Part shown: positions 1-9,799 of the stretch, in pieces | Position numbering within the stretch: position 1 is the first letter of the stretch | Layout: every line of letters starts with the position of its first letter | Origin: a virus | IMG/VR virus record: IMGVR_UViG_3300015360_000029 | Location: 1 to 64,000 of that record | Direction: 5' to 3' (one strand) | DNA: 64,000 bases | The notes under the pieces: model-generated | What the model was told of the DNA's origin: nothing | Database searches by the model: none | What the model saw: only the letters and a program-made list of their open reading frames with translations | Translations under genes and position numbers: made by a program

Positions 1-315
1 AGTAACTTGACCTTGAACGAATACGCCGTTCGTGGTAACGATTGAACCGAGTGAAACTTCGATGTTGTCGACTTCAGTTTGCAGAGCCGCTGCATTGCCG
101 CCAGTAGCGATTGCAACCCAGTTCGAAACACCTTGTGAACCGTAGTAAAGTGTGTTCGCGATGTAACTGCCACCAGAATCGGTTACAAAAATCATGCGGC
201 CAGCATCAGCTGACGTGTATGCTGTGACGCCTGCGCCCGCAAATTTTTGAACGCGCAGGTTCTGAATTTCCGAAGCGGATGATGCGTCAAATACGAGTTG
301 GCCATTGATCTTCAT
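1..315 (-). CDS. Virion structural / tail-fibre-like protein (5' part; runs off the window start)
   Basis: Not in the ORF track. ATG at 315 with AGGAGA RBS at 321-326; open frame MKINGQLVFDASSASEIQNLRVQKF...GQVT to position 1. Confidence 0.7.
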   Translation of the reverse strand, partial: MKINGQLVFDASSASEIQNLRVQKFAGAGVTAYTSADAGRMIFVTDSGGSYIANTLYYGSQGVSNWVAIATGGNAAALQTEVDNIEVSLGSIVTTNGVFVQGQVT

Positions 316-335
316 TGATGTCTCCTGGACTGTGA

Positions 336-566
336 TTAAATGATGCGACGTGTCGCTGTAGTAAGTGCCTTGATAGCGTTGTTGAACAATACAGGCTCAA
401 CCAAACATTTTCCAAGGTCGAAGTCTGAAAGGATCCCTACATCAACATCACTGAAACAAAAGACTCCGCGATTACCTTGCTTCTCGATTCGGTCAAGTTT
501 GAAACCGTGAACCTTAAGAGAAGCAGCAAGAACGATGTCGCTTGTTTCGATGTGGCGTTTTGACAT
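336..566 (-). CDS. Small protein, DUF5659-like
   Basis: 76 aa; ETSDIVLAASL..GFKL..IEK....VF.F pattern recalled for this phage family; TAAATA at 593-598 upstream. Confidence 0.55.
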   Translation of the reverse strand: MSKRHIETSDIVLAASLKVHGFKLDRIEKQGNRGVFCFSDVDVGILSDFDLGKCLVEPVLFNNAIKALTTATRRII

Positions 567-592
567 GAAGATTCTGTGTCTGATTCAGAACG

Positions 593-598
593 TATTTA
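593..598 (-). promoter_or_regulatory. Late promoter motif TAAATA
   Basis: Intergenic tattta on + strand, just upstream of the 336..566 ORF; the motif recurs in about 18 such positions. Confidence 0.6.
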
Positions 599-635
599 CA
601 GTACTGCTTCAAAATCAATGAGCTTTATTCAAGCA

Positions 636-1043
636 TTAGTCGAGGAACAAGATTCGTACGATCCCGGCTTGTGGAGTGCCGAAACTGATCACGATGGTGT
701 TTGAATCGACGATCCGCATCTCATCAGCTAGAATCACAGCCCCGCTTGAATCTGTGACCTGAATGATCGCATTCGTCGATAAAAGGTTGTGAGCAACGTT
801 CCAGATCATCGAAGCGATCGGCACTTGAAGAACGATTTTCTTGAAACCTGAAATTGCTGAAACTGAAGAACCTGTCAAAACACCGTTCACAAGTGCTAGA
901 ACTTGCCCTTCAGACATCGCGACAGCATCAAGCTGCCTGATGCCTGGACCGCGCCGAACAATGACAGATTCCTGATTGACGTCGGCCTCAAGGAATGGTC
1001 TTTTCGGAAGTTCAAGCTGAACGAATGTTTCAAAAGATGACAT
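636..1043 (-). CDS. Virion structural protein
   Basis: 135 aa; C-terminal W.V.HNL...IIQV.D..G...I.F....G module also present in 51222..52091; coupled to the upstream structural ORF. Confidence 0.6.
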   Translation of the reverse strand: MSSFETFVQLELPKRPFLEADVNQESVIVRRGPGIRQLDAVAMSEGQVLALVNGVLTGSSVSAISGFKKIVLQVPIASMIWNVAHNLLSTNAIIQVTDSSGAVILADEMRIVDSNTIVISFGTPQAGIVRILFLD

Positions 1044-2782
1044 TACATCACCTCCGACACATCAAGCTGAAGAGCCCCAGTGGTATTCGATCCTGCGAAG
1101 GAAGCATCTGAGATGAAAAGATACGATCCAGTGTTTGAAAAGACACCACTAACATCAACGATTGTGAAGCTTTGAAAGGTGCTTACAGTACTGGATATCT
1201 TCGTTAAGACTGTGGATCCTGTGTACGAAGCTGTGACCTTCGAGAAATCCACGATCGGCGTTCCGATGAAATGAAATCGTTCGAACGGGGCGAATGTGAT
1301 CGTTCTAGTATTGAATCCACCGATGAAATACGCGGAGCCTGCAGAGATCACGGTCCCGTTGATACCAGCGAGACCAGCGATGACCATCCCGCTGAACAGT
1401 TGAGCACCTTTAGGATGTGTATCTAGAATTCGAAGATCTCTTGTCCAAGTACTTCCAGAACCAGACCACACGCCTTGCCAAGTACCCGCTGAGGCCAGAA
1501 GCGTCGGGGCATTCAAAAGTTGCTGATCAGCGGTGATTGTGATCGTATAATTCGTGCCTGCTGCCGATGAGAACAGGCGAGTTGGATTTCCGCTGATGCT
1601 GATCGCAGCTGTTGGTGGCACATTCGCAATGCTTACTGCCGATGTTACTGTAGATGTAGAATTGTTTTCAGCCTTATTAGCTGAGATTGTATAATTCTGT
1701 GTTCCAACGATATACGAACCGCCATTTCGGGTAATAGTCTTTGTTGAAGCATATAGCGTCGGTGCTGTCACAAAGATGTTCGTGCCTGAATACGAAACAG
1801 TTGTGAAATTCGTAATGACAGTAGTGATGTTTGCTTCTTCGGATAGCTTTAATCCTGCTTGACCGATTGGGTACACGATTGATCGAGTCCCTATGAGCGG
1901 GAATACTTGATCAAGAAGTCGAGTGTTCAATGATGTAAATGCTGCTCCGAACGACCCGAGTGAGTTCCGTGCTCGAGCCGAAATAGATTGAAGGCCTGTC
2001 AAATTGGAAACTGTAAATGATCCGCTGATGGACTTGAACCCAGACGAAGCTGAATTCATCGCACCAAGTGTCAAGGCGGTTAGCGAAGATGCAGCACCGC
2101 CAGCAAGAATTTCTGCGTATGTTGCTGAGTTCTGAACTGATCCTGAAATTGTCAACACATCGCCAGCTTTCAAAGCTGTCTGTGATCCTGGGTATGGGCC
2201 TTGCATAAGAGCACTGATCGTTGGTGCTGCAGCACCAACGCGCAGAACAAATGTAGCTGTAGCGTTCGTTGACGAAGTAGCAGTTACAGTTGTGTCTGTC
2301 GAGATTCCGACTAGAACAGCCGAAGCAACGTACGTGCGCTTGTCGTACATGTCTTCAGCCAAAGTGCATACGATTGCACCACCAATTTGTGCTGGGAGCG
2401 TCGTGATCGTGACTACTGGCGAATAGAATGCTGATGGTCCTTCAGCGAGCAACATTACAAGAACTGATGAAGTATCAGTTGTAGCTTCAATGATCACCTT
2501 GTTTATTGGGACAGTTCCAGCTGCATAGATTTTCGAACCAACAATTCCTGATGCGGAAGGCGTTGCGTCAATGAAGAATAAACCGCCAGAAACAAATGTT
2601 GCTGCACCACCACCACCACCACCGCCGCCTGAAGAAGAACCATCATCAAACAACAAACCTTTGCCGCCAACAGTAAAGAACGGGCCTTCAGTGCCACCAG
2701 CGTTGATGATGCCGCCATTAGGCAATACCCCTTGCTCACCGAGTTCCTGAATGTGAATTACAGGTTTGTGAATGGTGCTCAT
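1043..2782 (-). CDS. Ser/Thr/Gly-rich beta-strand virion protein (fibre/decoration-like)
   Basis: 579 aa, poly-Gly linker, Ig-like composition; clear paralogue of the ORF starting at 63151. Confidence 0.65.
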   Translation of the reverse strand: MSTIHKPVIHIQELGEQGVLPNGGIINAGGTEGPFFTVGGKGLLFDDGSSSGGGGGGGGAATFVSGGLFFIDATPSASGIVGSKIYAAGTVPINKVIIEATTDTSSVLVMLLAEGPSAFYSPVVTITTLPAQIGGAIVCTLAEDMYDKRTYVASAVLVGISTDTTVTATSSTNATATFVLRVGAAAPTISALMQGPYPGSQTALKAGDVLTISGSVQNSATYAEILAGGAASSLTALTLGAMNSASSGFKSISGSFTVSNLTGLQSISARARNSLGSFGAAFTSLNTRLLDQVFPLIGTRSIVYPIGQAGLKLSEEANITTVITNFTTVSYSGTNIFVTAPTLYASTKTITRNGGSYIVGTQNYTISANKAENNSTSTVTSAVSIANVPPTAAISISGNPTRLFSSAAGTNYTITITADQQLLNAPTLLASAGTWQGVWSGSGSTWTRDLRILDTHPKGAQLFSGMVIAGLAGINGTVISAGSAYFIGGFNTRTITFAPFERFHFIGTPIVDFSKVTASYTGSTVLTKISSTVSTFQSFTIVDVSGVFSNTGSYLFISDASFAGSNTTGALQLDVSEVM

Positions 2783-4437
2783 GGCTTGATCTGAATTGTG
2801 AGTGATGTTGTATTATCGCCAATCGTGCTATCAACTTCTGGGCTTTCAACCGAAGCGTTGATTTTCAGATCACCGCCCTTAGATGGGGCTTTGACAGTAA
2901 AAAAGATTGGGCCATATGTTAGACCAGAATTTAGCGTTGGGACAGGCGGGAATGTGATAACTGTTAGTTCGTAATTCTGTATTGTCGTTGTGCCAGCAGG
3001 CAGGTTCGTGATTTGAATGACTTCACCCTTGAATTTTGGGATGGACAACTTTCGAATTACGCTCGTCGCAGTAAGAAGTCCAGCATTCGAGATGCTAATA
3101 CTTATTTGAAAGATTCCATTTCTTAATGCTTGTGATGGGCCGCCAAGTGTGATGTCGAGGTTCGTGAATGCGCCGCTGGCAGGTGGCTGAAGAACTGTGA
3201 TGAAAGATGTTTTGATCTCGTCATCGAACCCGAATGCATTCGTGACACGATGCCGAACGTTGTACACTCCAGGTGTTGAGAACGTGAATGTAGTTATTGG
3301 ACCGTACGCATCTGGGGTCCCATCATTTGTGAAGTCCCATTCGTACCCACTTGGTGATCCGAGCGCAATGCTAGTGAACAATACCGTGAGCGGAGCATTC
3401 CCTGTTGTGACTGACGAAGTGAAATCTGCGATTGGGGCGCCTGGCGTTGGTGGTGGCGGTGGCGCGTAAACACTGATGTCGTCAAGAATGATTGGTGATT
3501 GAATGTTCATGTACACAGAATCTGTATCGTACACGAATCCGGCAATTTGGCAGACACCAACGATCGGCGGGACAACTGTAATTTCGCCAAGTTCGCCTGA
3601 GAAGATGGGACGATTTACAGAGGATGGCGGAAACGACCAGCTTGGATTTCGAACGAGACCTTCGGTAACTAGAAATCCAACTTCGCTTGTGTACAAGTCT
3701 TCTGGTACCATACCAGCAATACGTGACATGAAGTCCGTTGATCTGGCAAGAGCGATCCTTGCACCTTGTCGCATCTGAACAAGTCGATACTTTGGAATTG
3801 ATTCCATAGCCATTCCGGACATTACTTCAGCTTCGAACTTTACTTTTCGAGTCGCATTGTTTATGATCAGCAATGAAGTAGCCGACGTGACGAACGACCC
3901 ATCGGATTGCCGCAACGGTTTGTTGTACGCATCGAGAACGATGTTCCCACCTTCGAAGTCACCTTGAATTCCAGCTTGTGAAGTTCCAGAAGTGAACGGT
4001 TTGATGATTGAGCCTGAACTCAAGAATCCTGCGAAGACACGAATTTTCTCAATCCATTTCGAACCATTCCAGATTCGCATCACTGTGTCATTCGTGTCGA
4101 ACCAATGCTGATCAATAGCTGGTGATAGTGGCGGCGAGCCGCTGTACATTGGCGGGAATAGTGTTGTGCCCCTAGTCAGTACAGCTGTTTGAAGGCTGAT
4201 GTCCCAAAATAAGTAAATCGTCTGGGGTCCGCTGATTGGACCCCAGGCATTCTTGACTGTTCGCGGTTCTTCTACGATGTAATTCGCATCGTAATGTGCG
4301 AATATTAGAATTGTTGGATCTGGCGCAACGATCAGATCAATGAAGCCAACGCCCCCAAAAGCCTTCTGAAGAAAAATCGGTGTTCCCGATACATCAGTTT
4401 GATACCTAGCGATACCTTGTCGAAACGTCAACTTCAC
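2779..4437 (-). CDS. Virion structural protein with PKD (Ig-like) and DUF11-like domains
   Basis: 552 aa; PIADFTSSVTTGNAPLTVLFTS...YEWDF..DG...TFSTPGVYNV is a typical PKD repeat; C-terminal DSTIGDNTTS is DUF11-like; WFDT..MRIWNGSKW motif. Confidence 0.75.
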   Translation of the reverse strand: MKLTFRQGIARYQTDVSGTPIFLQKAFGGVGFIDLIVAPDPTILIFAHYDANYIVEEPRTVKNAWGPISGPQTIYLFWDISLQTAVLTRGTTLFPPMYSGSPPLSPAIDQHWFDTNDTVMRIWNGSKWIEKIRVFAGFLSSGSIIKPFTSGTSQAGIQGDFEGGNIVLDAYNKPLRQSDGSFVTSATSLLIINNATRKVKFEAEVMSGMAMESIPKYRLVQMRQGARIALARSTDFMSRIAGMVPEDLYTSEVGFLVTEGLVRNPSWSFPPSSVNRPIFSGELGEITVVPPIVGVCQIAGFVYDTDSVYMNIQSPIILDDISVYAPPPPPTPGAPIADFTSSVTTGNAPLTVLFTSIALGSPSGYEWDFTNDGTPDAYGPITTFTFSTPGVYNVRHRVTNAFGFDDEIKTSFITVLQPPASGAFTNLDITLGGPSQALRNGIFQISISISNAGLLTATSVIRKLSIPKFKGEVIQITNLPAGTTTIQNYELTVITFPPVPTLNSGLTYGPIFFTVKAPSKGGDLKINASVESPEVDSTIGDNTTSLTIQIKP

Positions 4438-4478
4438 AATCGCAGCTTTTTGGTTGCAGAACTAATTCAAAATTGTGA

Positions 4479-5096
4479 TTAGCTCACGCTGATCGTGAGT
4501 GTATAGACGATCACAAGTTCTCGATTTCCTGTGTGTTCGATTGGTGAGAAGATCAAGTGCGACAACATCAATTCCCCAGAACCGACAAGCAGAGAACCTG
4601 AGGTTTCCTCTGTGAACAGACCTAGCTCGTCGAAGAAATATGGTGATACTCCAGTCCCACCGCTGATTTGACCGCTGTTGTTCGTATCTTGTGCATTGTC
4701 GAATGCTTCATTCGACGAAATAACACATGTCACGATCACACGTGTATTCGTTGAAGCAGGAATGTTCGTGAACGTGACAGAGTTCCCAACACCAACACCA
4801 GCGTTTCCATCATCAACAATTTCAACGTACGTTGGATTGTAAAGATTAGCTGTGACATCTGTAGTCCTCGGTGGATTAAAGACGATGTTCAGAGCACCGT
4901 TAATTGTTGTTCCACGATTTCCAAGTTTCAACTTGAAGATTTGAAAGTTCGTAGCATTCGAGAGACCACGAGCAATTGCGGTAGCCATGTTAGCCGGATG
5001 GATTGCGTTGTGCTTGTCCAGAAGCACTTCGCCGGTTTCACGATCAGAAATCTGAACGTGGCCAGAAACGAGTGTCTTGAATGTTTCTTGAATCAT
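4479..5096 (-). CDS. Baseplate/fibre-attachment structural protein
   Basis: 205 aa; G.V.I.D..TGEVLLDKHNAI and FDELGLF...SHLIFSPIE....L...YTL patterns typical of large-myophage baseplate proteins; TAAATA upstream. Confidence 0.6.
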   Translation of the reverse strand: MIQETFKTLVSGHVQISDRETGEVLLDKHNAIHPANMATAIARGLSNATNFQIFKLKLGNRGTTINGALNIVFNPPRTTDVTANLYNPTYVEIVDDGNAGVGVGNSVTFTNIPASTNTRVIVTCVISSNEAFDNAQDTNNSGQISGGTGVSPYFFDELGLFTEETSGSLLVGSGELMLSHLIFSPIEHTGNRELVIVYTLTISVS

Positions 5097-5122
5097 GAAT
5101 CTTATCCTCGAAGGTTGTCAGG

Positions 5123-5128
5123 TATTTA
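5123..5128 (-). promoter_or_regulatory. Late promoter motif TAAATA
   Basis: Intergenic, upstream of ATG 5096. Confidence 0.6.
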
Positions 5129-8100
5129 TCAAGGACCTGGCTGCAAATACATTTTGACTACAGAAACTTGTGGGATCGATACTTGATATCGTCCAGTTCC
5201 AAGCTTAAGAACAACTGATGCCTGTTTTGGCGCCGCCCAAATAGGAAGCCAGATGAACACTTTGGGTGTTGGCATCGTTTGAATAACCGCAAGGTTCGTA
5301 GCAGTGATCACAAAAGAGATCTCGAAAGTACTGGACGGAATGTCGATTTCGAACGGGGTTTCGAACGCTGCGTACGTTGTGAGAACACTAAGTGGATTCG
5401 GGACTGGTGGTAGAGAACCAGAAGAAAGCAAAGTTACTAACGATCCTGCAGCATCAAAACCGCCTACATCAAATCCAAAAGTATCAAAAGATACGGCTCG
5501 ATCGATGGCAGTGATGATCATAGCATCTTGAATCGAAGTGCTCGCACCTTCAGTACTTGGTTCGCGAACGTCAGCACCAGTTGCACCAATCGTAATTTCC
5601 ATCCCCATCCCAATAGCCGGGATCCCGAAGCTATCAGTTATGATGTCAATTCCAGAATTCGCATTGATGTTCGCCAAGAATTCCCCGAGCGTTGTGCTTG
5701 CGAGATCGTGATTATCTAAGTACACATCAATGAGTCCGAGCAACTGAGCTAATCGAATACTGCGGTCTGTTGAAGTTTGAGTAGCTTGAAATGGCGTCAG
5801 TTGATCGATACCTGCAAGTTGTCGCGCCTCGTGGAAGTGTGATGTCAATGGAAAACCAGAATCGTATCCGTTCGGATACGAATTGAACACATCCGAACCG
5901 TTCCCGTTGATGTCTTCAGTTGGTGAAAGGTCGTACGGTGTATTATCGTATCCAGCAAGGAACCCACCAAATGGTCCGTCCGCGATCAATGTTGAAATTG
6001 TTTCTTCTGTTTCTTGTGTGATCGTCCAGCTCAAAATTTCATCAAGGTTCACAGACACCTCGTCACTGAACAAGAAGTCGGTGGTGAGAGCACCGCCGTT
6101 GATCAAGAATTTTACACTTTCGGAAATCCGTGCTCGAATGACGTCATTGAATCCTGAACCGTACGTGACTAAGTTCGCTTCAGCATTCAACGGAAGGTAC
6201 GTTTGAAAGAATGCAGTATCCCATTTGAATTGTGTCGGCCAATTCTGATTCGTACTTGAAGCCGAAATCGTTCCAATTACTTCACCTGATCCTGCGGAAA
6301 GAATCACGTGCGAAGTTGCAGGATCACTGAACTGGGCGATAGAAGTTCCGTTGTCGTACGAGACTATTGTAATGGGAAGCCAATTTCGCAGGATCGCGGT
6401 TTCAGGTGAAGTGTTCGATAGCGGGACACCACTCGACCCAGTGAATGTATCGATGATTATTGGTGCAGTATTCGATATGTTCAGAGTGAATGGCGCCAAT
6501 GGTGCAAGACTCGGCGGCCCAGAAACTGAATCGTATCCAAGGCTGAGCCCGAATGAATCATTCGTTCGTTTATCAATAAGGACGAAGTCATTGGCAGACG
6601 GAAGCTTTTCAACGATCGATGGACGAAGCAGAACAGTATCTTGTGCACCCCAAAGTGTAAAATCGTCAGAAAGAATCCGAAGTGTGTATTGAAGAACGCT
6701 CACAGCAGGAACGGAATCAGCTGTGAGCGTGATGTATTGATCTGAAAACGATCCATCCGACCCGATGTACCCAACAGCCCCGACATCTTCGCGATGAACG
6801 ATCCAACCTGTTGGCGCACTTGATCCAATCGGTGTTGGTGTCAGAGTATATGAAAGCGAGGGTGCGTCGAATCGCAGCCTCGAAAGTGAAAGTGAACCTG
6901 TTCCAACTGACCAAGAGTTCTCTGTGTCTGGAAGCATCAGCGGGTCAGGAACTTGAAAAGGCAAGGCCGGCAAGAGTGGCGTGACCGTTCTATTCTTGGC
7001 AGGATTGTAAAGATCAGCCTTTGGCTTTTGAATCTCAAAACCGATGATGCCGTTCCAATACGGCTCACCAACAACTGCTTCTGGCTGCCACCCAGAAGCA
7101 GAGCCGTGAACAAGGTAGGTTGGCTTCCGTGAAAACGTTCTGAATGTCAAGATATCGCCGGATGCGAATCCATTCGAGCCACTTACGATAGTGAAGTGCA
7201 CCCCGAGGTCATTGAAGCTGAATCCTTTTAGAACGCTCGTGCTGGTCGATGAGATCGAGCCAGTTCGCGGTGAGCCTGGTACTGGCGCGCCAGGTGATCC
7301 TTCAGTTTGTATTCCTGTAACTGTGTACCCAGTTGAAGAACTGAACGCAACAGTCCAGATCGCTGGCAGAACTTCGTGGAACCCATCACCGTGCATGATC
7401 AACTGCGGGCTGTTTACAGAGGTCAGCCCAATTAGCGTCTCGCTGATGTACACATCGTTGTTCAAGATCGTGAACGAGAACACATCCCCGCCTTGAACAG
7501 CGGTTGGTGACGATGGTGCATTATCTGAAACTACTGCGACGAATGGCCTCGTTCCTGTTGGCAATGTGAATGACAGACCAAGAGCTGGATTTGAGTACGG
7601 GGTATCGATTGGGACGATACCTTCATCAACGGCTGTATTGAATTCGTCGATAGACCATTCCAAGCGGAATGAATCAGCATAATACAACAACAGGTCTGGA
7701 ACAGAATTCGAAATTTGTCCAATCGTCTCGAACACAGCCGCGGCCCCGACTGCGGGGTCAGGTGCAATTCCAGATGTGGCAGCTTGAAGATCGATAGCAT
7801 TTGAAGTCGTGCCGTCCTTCTTCAGCGTTGAGATTGGGCGAGTAATGTTCGGGATCGCGCGAAGACGCCAAGACCTACCGCTGATGGCAGATTGTGCGAT
7901 TTGAAGATTTAGTTGAGCAACATTGTAATCTACGAATCGTGTGTCGTACACAAAATTCACCCTTTTATTAGGCAGCTGAGACGTATCGTACTTCAAGCTC
8001 GGGTTGTCGTAAGAATCAAGATCGTACCCGTATCCAATATCAAAGTCAATCGGCGCAGCAGGTTCATTGACAATAGGAATGTAGAACCGATCACCAGCAA

Positions 8101-9796
8101 CGAACTGCCGAACTGAACCAGCAATGATCGTGAACCCAAGTTTCCCATCGTTGTATACTGTTCCAACAACAGCTGTACCTGAATACGTTGGGTTGTTCAC
8201 AGATGTGATGTTGAACGAAGTGCTCGATGTGGCAGTTAGAACGATCGTGCCTGTTTCAAGCGTATTCGCACTCGGGAGGATCAACGACACAGTACCACGT
8301 GCCGCAACAAGATTTTGAATGTACCCATATCGTGTTGACACTAAAGCCGGACGTGTGTATGCTAATGGGTTTACTTTGATGATGTCCCATGCTTCCAGTG
8401 GAGCAGCAGGATCAATGACTAATCTACTCTTAGAATTCAAGATTCTAAGAGTCTCGCCGATCGTTGGGCATTGAAGCACATGTTGGATCGTGAATGAAAT
8501 TGTGCTCGATATGAATGTTGGATCTTCTTCAGCAATGAACGAACCAATGAATCCCGTTATGTTACTGAATACACCCCAATCCGATTTGGCATCATCTTGG
8601 CACACGACTCGCCATGAATCACCAGCTGGAGTGCTTGCTGAAATTGTGATCTGCGAGATGTTGAGCCAGCTCGAGCTCACATTTTTGTACGCTGGAATTC
8701 CACTCTCATAAAGTTCAGAATCACCAAGAAGATAGAAATACATCGACGGTGAAAATGCACTCAGCTGTTCATCAACGTACAACGACCTTGGTGGCACAGG
8801 TCCAGGATTTGGCACACTGTTCTCACCAATCCACCCAGCATATCCAACTAATGGGGCAGTTGAATCTGCGATCAGTTGATTCAACAGTTGTTCATAATCC
8901 CGTGTCAAGATCACAGAATCAAGAATCACAAGGAGTGCATTCATCAGATTGATTGTTCCAGCAGATAGAACCGTGAATCGATTCTGAAGGTGTTCAATCA
9001 ATCTGTACCCATTGTACGCAGAAGCAGTGCTCACACCGTCAGCGATAGCTGAATTCTTGAGTGCTGTATAGTTTTGTGTAACATTCAACGCAGTGATCAT
9101 CGGCGTCAGGATGGCTTGTGCTGTTGGAGACAATGTCAGCACATCAATTTGATTCAGCAGAGATCTAATCTGCCGAAGAGCTGATTCTGGTCGAGTGTTG
9201 TCATTCGCAAGTCGTCGAATTTGTGCAGATGCTGTCGAAATTAGATTCGTTGATCTTGTTTCTGCCCACAACGGAATGAATTGCGGAAGACCACTTGAAG
9301 TAATCGCTGTAGTTTGCATCACTCGGAACTGAAACGACCCATGACTTTGAAAGTAATCCAAACCTTCGATCATCGCTTCGGTAGTGCTTCTGATCCCGTT
9401 CCTTTCGACAAGAACATTAGCAACACCTGGACCGTCGAATGCTTTCTTTGAATAAACGAACGGGATGTTCGAAAGATCAGTGTTCTCATCACGGAATGCC
9501 TTTTCGGCACCGTACGTCGTATTAGTATTCGACGGAAACACCTTTGCCAGAGAAGTATTTAATCTCTTCAACTGCATTGTATTAAATGTTGGATCTCCAC
9601 TCGAGAAGAAATTGTACAGCCAAGTTGGATTCGTTTTGGACTTTACAGAAGTTAGTTCTGAAAAGTTCACGCGCATCGAATCAAAGAATTGGTATTCTTC
9701 AACAACGTCAGTGAGCTTCGAATGATAAGGTTTCGTATCTAAGATGTACGAAACAAGACTTTGAATGTACTGGCTGTTTTTGTTTAGCGCTGTCAT
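5129..9796 (-). CDS. Large baseplate/peripheral structural protein
   Basis: 1555 aa; N-terminal YILDTKPYHSKL motif (gp7-type C-terminal signature in large myophages); GYD..YD repeats; follows the 3181-aa gene. Confidence 0.65.
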   Translation of the reverse strand: MTALNKNSQYIQSLVSYILDTKPYHSKLTDVVEEYQFFDSMRVNFSELTSVKSKTNPTWLYNFFSSGDPTFNTMQLKRLNTSLAKVFPSNTNTTYGAEKAFRDENTDLSNIPFVYSKKAFDGPGVANVLVERNGIRSTTEAMIEGLDYFQSHGSFQFRVMQTTAITSSGLPQFIPLWAETRSTNLISTASAQIRRLANDNTRPESALRQIRSLLNQIDVLTLSPTAQAILTPMITALNVTQNYTALKNSAIADGVSTASAYNGYRLIEHLQNRFTVLSAGTINLMNALLVILDSVILTRDYEQLLNQLIADSTAPLVGYAGWIGENSVPNPGPVPPRSLYVDEQLSAFSPSMYFYLLGDSELYESGIPAYKNVSSSWLNISQITISASTPAGDSWRVVCQDDAKSDWGVFSNITGFIGSFIAEEDPTFISSTISFTIQHVLQCPTIGETLRILNSKSRLVIDPAAPLEAWDIIKVNPLAYTRPALVSTRYGYIQNLVAARGTVSLILPSANTLETGTIVLTATSSTSFNITSVNNPTYSGTAVVGTVYNDGKLGFTIIAGSVRQFVAGDRFYIPIVNEPAAPIDFDIGYGYDLDSYDNPSLKYDTSQLPNKRVNFVYDTRFVDYNVAQLNLQIAQSAISGRSWRLRAIPNITRPISTLKKDGTTSNAIDLQAATSGIAPDPAVGAAAVFETIGQISNSVPDLLLYYADSFRLEWSIDEFNTAVDEGIVPIDTPYSNPALGLSFTLPTGTRPFVAVVSDNAPSSPTAVQGGDVFSFTILNNDVYISETLIGLTSVNSPQLIMHGDGFHEVLPAIWTVAFSSSTGYTVTGIQTEGSPGAPVPGSPRTGSISSTSTSVLKGFSFNDLGVHFTIVSGSNGFASGDILTFRTFSRKPTYLVHGSASGWQPEAVVGEPYWNGIIGFEIQKPKADLYNPAKNRTVTPLLPALPFQVPDPLMLPDTENSWSVGTGSLSLSRLRFDAPSLSYTLTPTPIGSSAPTGWIVHREDVGAVGYIGSDGSFSDQYITLTADSVPAVSVLQYTLRILSDDFTLWGAQDTVLLRPSIVEKLPSANDFVLIDKRTNDSFGLSLGYDSVSGPPSLAPLAPFTLNISNTAPIIIDTFTGSSGVPLSNTSPETAILRNWLPITIVSYDNGTSIAQFSDPATSHVILSAGSGEVIGTISASSTNQNWPTQFKWDTAFFQTYLPLNAEANLVTYGSGFNDVIRARISESVKFLINGGALTTDFLFSDEVSVNLDEILSWTITQETEETISTLIADGPFGGFLAGYDNTPYDLSPTEDINGNGSDVFNSYPNGYDSGFPLTSHFHEARQLAGIDQLTPFQATQTSTDRSIRLAQLLGLIDVYLDNHDLASTTLGEFLANINANSGIDIITDSFGIPAIGMGMEITIGATGADVREPSTEGASTSIQDAMIITAIDRAVSFDTFGFDVGGFDAAGSLVTLLSSGSLPPVPNPLSVLTTYAAFETPFEIDIPSSTFEISFVITATNLAVIQTMPTPKVFIWLPIWAAPKQASVVLKLGTGRYQVSIPQVSVVKMYLQPGP

Positions 9797-9799
9797 AAG

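Noticed and set aside
2606-2630. (ACC/GCC)n microsatellite as phase-variation tract
   Set aside because: Triplet repeat encoding a poly-Gly linker; slippage would not shift the frame
1043-2782. Diversity-generating retroelement or invertible pair with the 63151 paralogue
   Set aside because: Similarity is diverged and protein-level, not near-identical DNA with adenine-specific changes; no reverse transcriptase or invertase in the window
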